Assembly (NCBI GenBank): GCA_945937975.1
Contig: CAMEUD010000001.1
Coordinates: forward strand, 1 to 54,498
Direction of reading: 5' to 3'
Length of the DNA stretch: 54,498 nt
Source of the DNA: an uncultured Clostridia bacterium
Lineage (GTDB): Bacteria; Bacillota; Clostridia; Christensenellales; UBA1242
The position numbers were made by a program, and so were the translations under genes. The notes beneath the pieces are model-generated. The model saw nothing but the letters and a program-made list of their open reading frames with translations, was not told the origin of the DNA and ran no database searches. Within the stretch, counting starts at the first letter, position 1, and each line of letters starts with the position of its first letter. Positions 1-8,100 of this stretch are shown in pieces.

Positions 1-1
1 T

Positions 2-2641
2 ATTGGTAGAAAACCAATTTCAATTTTGGTAAAGAAGGCAGCAGACACAGCTGTTGTTAATTATGAATTGACTTTAAATGAATGGTTTGGTGCTGGTAAT
101 GTACCAGAATACTTGAATGGTACATCATATGTAAGTGATTATATGGTTGATGTATATGTTGTTGGTGGTGATTTCGGTCCCGCTAAAAAAGAACCTATGG
201 AACTTCTTACTCAAGTAGATATGGATAATGACTTCTATGGTGAAAAAGAAGGTGAAGTTCTTAAAAAATATGTAAATGTTGATAGTAGCCAAAATGCATA
301 TAGCAGACTCACTTCAGATGTAGTATATAAGAACTATTTTGACGAAAGAGGTTTTATTCGTAGATTATCTGAAAATGAAACTATGGATACAAGACTCACA
401 AGATTCTTAAATCTTCCATCTGTAGAAGTAATTGCTAAATATACTGGTTCATTAATACCTAATTTCGTTGATAAATTTGGTAGAAATATATGGATTCAAA
501 AACTTGTTAATGATGATACTTTAAGCACAGGTTTAATCTGTACAATCAATGTTGATTTACTTGAACGTTCAATTGATGAGGAACAAGAAGTTAAGAATGA
601 AGTTATTGACCTTATTGGACATAATGTCTATAAGAAAATTCATGAAAACATGAAAAATGATGATAAACAAATTGTCCCAACTCTTAATTTTGATTTCTTA
701 TCTTATAAATTTGATTATAGTCAAAAAGAACAATCATTATCTATTTACTATCCTCTCAACAATGATTCTTCAGACTCTGATGATATATATAAAGAAAAAA
801 AATTATTCACTTACAAAAGACAGTTAGATGCAACATCTGACATTGATTATGATTCAACAGGTCAAGATGTACATCTTTTCGCATGGAAACTTGACATTGA
901 TGAGAAATTTATTGTTAATCATGGTTCTATAGATAAAAACACAAATATTCATATGGCAACATATGAAGACGAAAATGGTATACAAACTCAAATTCCATAT
1001 ATCTTATATACAGATACTACAATACTAGGTTATAAAACAACTAATGCGTACTTATCTTCAAAAATTGCACCAAAGGTAGAAGAAGGTGTATTAACAACAT
1101 TTGATATCGCTGAAAAAACTAATGCTGTTAATCTCTTTGGTGAACACAGATCTAAATTAGATGTAGATGGTGTTACTATCAATAATCAACCAATCTATAC
1201 AGATAAATATTGCAAAACTAAATATGAAAAGGTTGAATCAAATGAAGCAATTTTAGATAAGGGTACAGATATTTCTGTTGGTGATTATATTGTATCTTAT
1301 TATTATCCTGGTATATTAACAGATGAAAATGGTGAAGATGTTTATCCTAACAGAGAATCTGCATATTCAAGATTGGCAAGAGTTGTATCTGTAAAGAATA
1401 TCTACCAAAAAGTACCTATTAATGATGAAGATTTGAAGAATGATGATATTTTAGTATCAGAAAACTATATCATTCAAAAAGTAGCAATTCGTGTTGTTTG
1501 TTCAGAACCAATTCATACCAATAGAGGTGTTTCAGATAATATCATCTGTAGTGTTAAACCTATTGATAAGATTTGTGACAGATTACAATGGTTCTCTTTG
1601 AGTGGTTTCAAGATGAGAAAAGAACTTATGCCTGATGGCACAAATGAACGTCAAAATCAAATTCTTGATATGCTTCGTGAAGAACCAGAACAATTATCAA
1701 CAATCACTAATCTTTACAAAGCGTTAATTGATAGAGATTTTATACAATGGAGATATTTAGTTGACACATTCGGTTTAGGTCTTGAAGAACATTGTAAGAG
1801 TGTTTACACAAAGCTTTGCCAAGGTCGCAAATCTGCACTCGCTCTTATCAATTGTCCATCACAAGAAGACTTCAAGAAATCAATTGACCCATCATTCACC
1901 AACGCTACAAAGGGTGTAATGGTTGAACATATTGCAACTGGTGGTGATTTAAGTAAGAACCCACAATTCTTGTTCACTCTTCCAGAAGTAGAAGATGGTG
2001 CATCTTGGGGTGCATACTTCTATCCATACTTGAAGATTTCTGACTTATCAACAATTAAAACCGCACCTCCTGCAGCTTATGTATCTAACTTGTTCTTACA
2101 AAAGTACAACAGAGGTTTCGCATGGTCAATTGTTGCTGGTCAAAAACGTGGTGTCATAACCGGTAATCAAGTTGTTGGTGTTGAATCAACACTCATCCAT
2201 GAAAACAGAGATTATCTTGAACCAATTGGTATCAACTCAATTATTTGGGAAAATGGTGTTGGTGTTGAAATTTATGCAAATAAGACTGCTAAACAATCAC
2301 CAAAATCTGCATTAAGTAGTATCCATGTTCGTGAAGCATGTATTCACATTCAAGACAATGTTGAATCTATTTTAAGAAGATACGTATTTGAATTTAATAC
2401 AGCTCAAACTCGTATGGAAATCAAGACACTCGTAGATAACTTTATGGAATCTGTTAAGAACAATTCAGGTGTTTATGATTATAAAACAATTATGGACACA
2501 TCTAATAACACACAAGAAGTTATTGACAACAATATGGGTGTAATCGACATTTACATTGAACCTATTCGTGGTCTTGAAATCATAACTCAAAGACTTACAG
2601 TTATGAAGACTGGTGGTATCGCTGCTGGTTCATTTGAATAA
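2..2641 (+). CDS. Contractile tail sheath protein (T4 gp18-like); 5' end cut by window edge
   Basis: The frame is open from nt 2, with no stop upstream of the TTG at 26 used by the ORF track, so the gene probably begins outside the window. The C-terminal ~130 aa (GINSIIWENGVGVEIYANKT..SSIHVREACIHIQ..VFEFNT..IDIYIEPIRGLEII) follow the conserved sheath C-terminal domain pattern. A strong hairpin terminator follows. Confidence 0.75.
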   Translation: MGRKPISILVKKAADTAVVNYELTLNEWFGAGNVPEYLNGTSYVSDYMVDVYVVGGDFGPAKKEPMELLTQVDMDNDFYGEKEGEVLKKYVNVDSSQNAYSRLTSDVVYKNYFDERGFIRRLSENETMDTRLTRFLNLPSVEVIAKYTGSLIPNFVDKFGRNIWIQKLVNDDTLSTGLICTINVDLLERSIDEEQEVKNEVIDLIGHNVYKKIHENMKNDDKQIVPTLNFDFLSYKFDYSQKEQSLSIYYPLNNDSSDSDDIYKEKKLFTYKRQLDATSDIDYDSTGQDVHLFAWKLDIDEKFIVNHGSIDKNTNIHMATYEDENGIQTQIPYILYTDTTILGYKTTNAYLSSKIAPKVEEGVLTTFDIAEKTNAVNLFGEHRSKLDVDGVTINNQPIYTDKYCKTKYEKVESNEAILDKGTDISVGDYIVSYYYPGILTDENGEDVYPNRESAYSRLARVVSVKNIYQKVPINDEDLKNDDILVSENYIIQKVAIRVVCSEPIHTNRGVSDNIICSVKPIDKICDRLQWFSLSGFKMRKELMPDGTNERQNQILDMLREEPEQLSTITNLYKALIDRDFIQWRYLVDTFGLGLEEHCKSVYTKLCQGRKSALALINCPSQEDFKKSIDPSFTNATKGVMVEHIATGGDLSKNPQFLFTLPEVEDGASWGAYFYPYLKISDLSTIKTAPPAAYVSNLFLQKYNRGFAWSIVAGQKRGVITGNQVVGVESTLIHENRDYLEPIGINSIIWENGVGVEIYANKTAKQSPKSALSSIHVREACIHIQDNVESILRRYVFEFNTAQTRMEIKTLVDNFMESVKNNSGVYDYKTIMDTSNNTQEVIDNNMGVIDIYIEPIRGLEIITQRLTVMKTGGIAAGSFE

Positions 2642-2671
2642 TCAAGAATGATTTAAACCTCTATAAACAAA

Positions 2672-2699
2672 GGGAATAGATTAATCTATTCCCTTTTTT
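2672..2699 (+). terminator. Rho-independent terminator
   Basis: A perfect 22-nt palindrome GGGAATAGATTAATCTATTCCC is followed by T6. Confidence 0.8.
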
Positions 2700-2709
2700 G
2701 TTATATTTA
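2697..2709 (+). promoter_or_regulatory. Class-A promoter-like motif TTTGTTATATTTA (extended -10-like TGnTATATT)
   Basis: It directly follows the terminator T-run. The TATATT hexamer ends 7 nt before ATG 2715. Confidence 0.55.
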
Positions 2710-2714
2710 ATAAT

Positions 2715-4355
2715 ATGAATAAGTTAGAAGTTTTAGATTATATAAAAAATCATAATAAAGAGTATGGTGGTAAATTGGTGACTGAAAAAGGATTTAAAAA
2801 ACACTTTGAAGAGTTATATAATATTTTACAGTCAATGACATTTCCACCATATTCTGAAAAATGGGATTTTAAACAGAAACTATGGCATTTTTTAAGAGAT
2901 GATTATACTCAACATCTCTGTAAATGTGGTGGTGTTTTAAAATTCAGAAGTTTTTGGTTTGGATACAATGAATATTGTAAAGCGAATTGTCCATCTATGA
3001 TTGAAAACCAAGTGAAATGTGTTAAAGAAAAAAATAAATTAAAAACAAAGGAAGAAAAAGATAAAATTCAAGAGAAAGTCAGAAACACATTTCTGAAAAA
3101 ATATGGCGTTGAGAGATATTCACAGACAAAGGATTGGAAAGAAAAAACAATTCAGAAAAACCTTGAGAAGTATGGACAAGATTGGTATACGAAAACAGAT
3201 GAATATAAAATAAGATATGAACAACACTGTGAGAAAAAATATGGTACCGGAATCAAAAATTCTTTTCAAGATGAAAATGTAAAGAAACAGATACGAAAAA
3301 AGTTTTATGATAATTTCCTTAAAAATCATCCAAATGTAATTGAAGTAAAAGACAACACTTTAATATGTAAATGTACCGATTCAAATTGTACATTGTGTCA
3401 AGAAAAAATATATGAAATAGACAAAACAACATTTTCAGATAGAAATTATTATCATATAGATACTTGTACAAAAAGAACAACTCCACATGATCTATCATCT
3501 GGAATTGAAAAAAAACTATACAATTACATCAAATCCATATATGATGGTGTGATCATTGAAAATGACAGAAATATATTAAACGGAAAAGAAATTGATATTT
3601 ATCTTCCAGAATTAAAACTCGGTTTTGAATTCAATGGTGTTTATTGGCATAGTGAAATATATAAAGATAAAAAATATCACCAAGAGAAATCTCTTAATTG
3701 TTTAGATAAAGGTATTCAACTCATTCAGATATGGGAAGATGACTGGATATTCAGAAATGAGATAGTTAAGGATTTCATATTGTCAAAATTAGGAAAAACA
3801 TCTATAAATATAGGTGCTAGGAAATGTATTGTAAAAGATGTATCTAATTCAGAAGCATATCATTTTTTACAAACAAATCATATACAAGGTGGTGTTAAAA
3901 ATGGTTATACTATAGGGTTATATTATAATAATGAACTTGTAGAAGTTATGACATTCGGTGGTTTAAGAAAAAGTATGGGTTCAAATCCTATAAGTGGTCA
4001 TTATGAAATCTATAGAGTTTGTTCTAAATTAGGTTATAACATTCAAGGTGGATTCAGTAAATTACTTAAACATTTTGAAAATACATATAAACCTATCCAA
4101 ATTATTACTTATGCTAATTTAGATTATACTTATGGGAATGTTTATAATAAAACTGGTTTTCATAAAGATAAAATCTCAAAACCTACTTATACTTGGGTAG
4201 TTAATGGACAACGAAAACATCGTACGAATTTCAGAAAAAGCAAATTGAAAGAATGTATAGATAATCCAGATTTAACGGAAATTGAAGTTATGTATAACAG
4301 AAATTGTTGGAGATGTTGGGATAGTGGAAAGATAAAGTTTATTAAAAACTATTAA
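2715..4355 (+). CDS. Free-standing homing-endonuclease-like nuclease, paralogue 1 (Zn-ribbon-like N-domain, K.YG repeats, PD-(D/E)XK/Vsr-like core, extra C-terminal domain)
   Basis: It has its own terminator-promoter cassette upstream. The N-terminal ~90 aa are shared with ORFs 12825, 18487 and 19616 (F.QKLWHFL.DD, then C.CG..F..F..GY..YC...C). There are three 23-aa K.YG modules. EIDIYLPELKLGFEFNGVYWH...IQIWEDDW resembles DUF559/Vsr-type PD-(D/E)XK cores. The last ~180 aa (ARKCIVKDVSNSEAYHFLQTNHIQGG...) form an additional uncharacterised domain. Confidence 0.6.
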   Translation: MNKLEVLDYIKNHNKEYGGKLVTEKGFKKHFEELYNILQSMTFPPYSEKWDFKQKLWHFLRDDYTQHLCKCGGVLKFRSFWFGYNEYCKANCPSMIENQVKCVKEKNKLKTKEEKDKIQEKVRNTFLKKYGVERYSQTKDWKEKTIQKNLEKYGQDWYTKTDEYKIRYEQHCEKKYGTGIKNSFQDENVKKQIRKKFYDNFLKNHPNVIEVKDNTLICKCTDSNCTLCQEKIYEIDKTTFSDRNYYHIDTCTKRTTPHDLSSGIEKKLYNYIKSIYDGVIIENDRNILNGKEIDIYLPELKLGFEFNGVYWHSEIYKDKKYHQEKSLNCLDKGIQLIQIWEDDWIFRNEIVKDFILSKLGKTSINIGARKCIVKDVSNSEAYHFLQTNHIQGGVKNGYTIGLYYNNELVEVMTFGGLRKSMGSNPISGHYEIYRVCSKLGYNIQGGFSKLLKHFENTYKPIQIITYANLDYTYGNVYNKTGFHKDKISKPTYTWVVNGQRKHRTNFRKSKLKECIDNPDLTEIEVMYNRNCWRCWDSGKIKFIKNY

Positions 4356-4357
4356 AT

Positions 4358-4365
4358 CATAAATA
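4358..4365 (+). promoter_or_regulatory. Class-B promoter-like motif CATAAATA (T4 late-promoter-like)
   Basis: The context is TCATAAATAATTATA, ending 27 nt upstream of ATG 4392. Confidence 0.45.
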
Positions 4366-4391
4366 ATTATATACTATTATAATATAAATCT

Positions 4392-4670
4392 ATGAAAAAG
4401 ATTTCTGATAATTATTTAACTGAAGCACAAAAGATAGAAGTTGAAATCGCTTCAGAAAAAATTCTTAAACTTATTAATGAAAATAAGGGTGAGATTGATG
4501 AAGGTTTACTAGGAAGTATTATAGGTGGATTAGGTGGATTGACATTTGGTCCCGCAATCGGTAAGGCTATATGTAAAGCGTTGGGTATAGAAAGAGGTAT
4601 GTTATATAATCTCTTGACTAGTAGAGCATTTACTACAGCAGTTGCATCATATATCGGATATAAACAATAA
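4392..4670 (+). CDS. Small glycine-zipper-type protein, function unknown
   Basis: 92 aa. The segment GLLGSIIGGLGGLTFGPAIGKAICKALG is hydrophobic and glycine-zipper-like. A CATAAATA motif ends 27 nt upstream. It lies on the same strand as the flanking structural genes. Confidence 0.5.
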   Translation: MKKISDNYLTEAQKIEVEIASEKILKLINENKGEIDEGLLGSIIGGLGGLTFGPAIGKAICKALGIERGMLYNLLTSRAFTTAVASYIGYKQ

Positions 4671-4679
4671 ATATAAATT

Positions 4680-5069
4680 ATGAATTTAAAAGCAATTTCA
4701 GAACAAACCAAGATAAAGGATTTTGTCGAAATATATAACGATAATCTGAATGAAATTAATATTGAGATGATTAAAATGCAATCACAAATTAGTTCACTAC
4801 AACAACGTGTAGATGAGGTAAGAAATAATGTAAATAGAAATCTCAATAATTTTCATACTATGGTGATTAATCTGATTGATACAGAGATAGGCAGTGTTAA
4901 AAATGATGTACGATTAATTAAGGACAATATAGGAATGTTAAATTCAAGTATTGGTGATAAACCTACTGAAAAACCAGATGATGTAGAAGATTCAGATATG
5001 ACTGACGCATCTGATGATGTTTCTGTCAATAATGGTGATGAATCAACTGAAATCCCAGATGATTTGTAA
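4680..5069 (+). CDS. Coiled-coil protein with acidic C-terminal tail, function unknown
   Basis: 129 aa. The central part is heptad-like and N/Q/L-rich. The tail is acidic (PDDVEDSDMTDASDDVS..DESTEIPDDL). It sits tightly packed between structural genes. Confidence 0.5.
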   Translation: MNLKAISEQTKIKDFVEIYNDNLNEINIEMIKMQSQISSLQQRVDEVRNNVNRNLNNFHTMVINLIDTEIGSVKNDVRLIKDNIGMLNSSIGDKPTEKPDDVEDSDMTDASDDVSVNNGDESTEIPDDL

Positions 5070-5140
5070 GATTCAGATATGGATGATGTTACTACTAATT
5101 AATTTCAATTTAACAAATATACAAATTAAATTTACATTAA

Positions 5141-8100
5141 ATGAGTGAAAAACAAATGGATTATGTAAATATAGACAAAATCCAACCTAATGATATTATT
5201 GCAAATTCACAACTTACAATTAATAGAAATTTTGCAGAACTTGCCGAGAAATTGAATAATATAATTCATCTTCTTGGCACAAATGGTGTATTCGATAATT
5301 ATTACCCAATTGATATTGAATGGAATAAATCTGATAATGGTATGATTTATGGTAATATGATTCTTAATGATGAATTAGAAACAGAATTACCAACACAACC
5401 ATTACCATTTGCAACTCAAGAAATGGGTGGTATATTGAGTACAACATCACAGGCAATCGCCGGCAATAAAACTTTTATCAATGATATAATATTATCATAT
5501 GATAAGCTTAATAAAAAATGGAGTTCATTAAAAGGTATTGATAGTAGACCTATTATTACCCAATACCCTAATAGTGTCGTTATTGGTGATCCATCAGATC
5601 CAAAAAAATCAATAAGTATTAATTATAAAGATGGTAAGGTTGTAAGTATTACATCTGGAGTATTTGATACAGAACAAATAAAAAGCGATTTTACTGACTA
5701 TCTAAATAGTGAATTAGCAAAACTTCAAGAAAAAATAATTTCTGGAATCACAGATGCTAATAAAAAGTTATGTGATTATTTCAAAATTCCTTTCGACCAA
5801 CAAAACGATAAAAAAATTGAAAATTGGTGGGGTAATACACATATCACTACTGAAAATAATACATTTATGATTTCTGGATCTCTAAATCAGAAACATTTCA
5901 TACCTTGGGATATCCTTGATATTCCAGACAATCATATTGGTGATACATATGTTGATATTGCGAATAGAAAGTGTTATATTTATCTTTCTGAAAAAAATAA
6001 TTATATTTGGACAGAACTTGATGGCGAACAGTTTAAAGGTATTATTCAAATATTATTAGATGCCGCAAATGCTTTAAGTGTTACCGATGGTATGTCAAGA
6101 ACATTTGTCAGTAATAATTGTCCAGAACCTCCATATGATAAAGGTGATATGTGGATTAAAACAGATAATCAAAATAACGCAGAATTACTTTACTGTATTA
6201 AATCAAAAAAAGCAGATGAAAAAGGTGATGAAAAGGATTGGGGGTCATTTACTGCTTATATTAAAGAAGATGCTCTTGATGCGTGGAAAAATGATTTGGA
6301 AGAACAATTAAAAAATCAATTAGATAAGAAAATATCTAATTGGTTTGGTGTTGGTTCTCCTGAAGGCGAGGACGGAAACCAAAAAAGACCTTGGTTAGAT
6401 GATTCTGATAGTGACTTTGATGAAGATAAATTCCACGAAAATGATATATATACAGATATAGGTAAACTCCCACAAGGAGAATCTGATGACGATCCTGATG
6501 TGTCAGCAACTGCTGGTTATACATGGGCATTTCTTAAACAAGATAATACATATAAGTGGATTAAAACTGGACAAATGTCTGCATTTGAACAGTTATTACA
6601 ATCTATTGGTGGTATTGACGGTATTAAAGATGGTTTAAGAGATTATTATTATGTTACTTATGGATATTGGAAACAAGAAGAACCTAAACATACACATAAA
6701 GTTGGTGATATTTGGGTTGTTAAGATTGATAATACTAATCCTAAGAATAATAATAAGAACTATCTTGAAAATGAGGTCTATATGTGTATGAAATCAGATG
6801 AAAAAAATCCTCATAAAGGTTGGGACAGCACACATTGGATGAGAATATTAAGTTCAACTGATTATAATGATTTAGTGGAAAAAATATCAAATACACAATC
6901 ATCATTAGATTCAATTAATAGAAAATTCACATCATTAAATGATGATAATGTATTTAGTCTTTTAGAAAAAATAACTATTAGAAATGAATGGTTAAAAATT
7001 AGTGGTGAATCAAAAGATTATTATGAGTCTAATAATCATAATAGACCTACTAGTACTGAAAATTTGTTGAACTATTATATTAATGGTTCATTTCATAACA
7101 CATATAAAATCATTCAGGATAGTAAGTTAGAATCATCAATTGATCAAAGTATATTATCAGGATATAAACAGTCATTCTTGATATTATCTAAGTATTTAAT
7201 TTCTTGTAAGTTGTTTGAGAATAGTGACACTCAGATAAGTGACATATCTCAACCATCATCAAAAAGTACAAATGCAAACACAGGAGATATCATAGATGAT
7301 AATATTTCTGTAGAAATAGTACAAAGACCAACGTTTAAAGATACATTACTATCTTATTTTACAGATTATTATACAAAAGAACAAAATATTTTAATCATTC
7401 TCCAAACACTAAAGACCATAAAGACACAAACTGATGGTCAAATTAGACAGTTTGCGGGTAACTGTCCTGTTTGGAAATATAAGTTCCCAGATTTTGAAAA
7501 TTGGGATTATGCTGATCATTTAGGTGATGTTTACAGAGATGTTAGTTCTGGAAATCCTACATCTGGTTGGTTATGGAGATTTACAGAAGGAGATCTAGAA
7601 GAAAATTGCAAAAAAGAAGATTTTCCTAATCCTACAGGTACTTTACCTATACCAAAAAATTTAGTCATTGAGGATAGTGATAGTGATAGTGATAGTGATA
7701 ATAATAAGATCTATCATTGGCATCATGAAACATCAAAAGAATTAGAAGATTTAGCAAACCGACTTGAAGAGTTAGCAAACAAATATCAAAATAGTGATGA
7801 TGATGATTTCACTTTGTTTGTCAAAAAACCAAATCCTTATATTTATCAAGCAGGAGATATCTGGATTGTTCATAAGGATGATTATAATGACAATAAAGGT
7901 GTTGAGTGTATGCCTAAAAACAATAATCAATATAGTTGTGCTAAACAAGGTGATTTCTTAGTTGCGATAAGTTCCAATACTACTGACACTGACGGTAAAC
8001 ATAATCCAAATGATTGGGAACTCACAGATGTTTCTGAATCCATCAAACAAAGCACTTTAGAAAAAAGTGGTTTTGATGTCGTAACTGATGGTACAACAAA

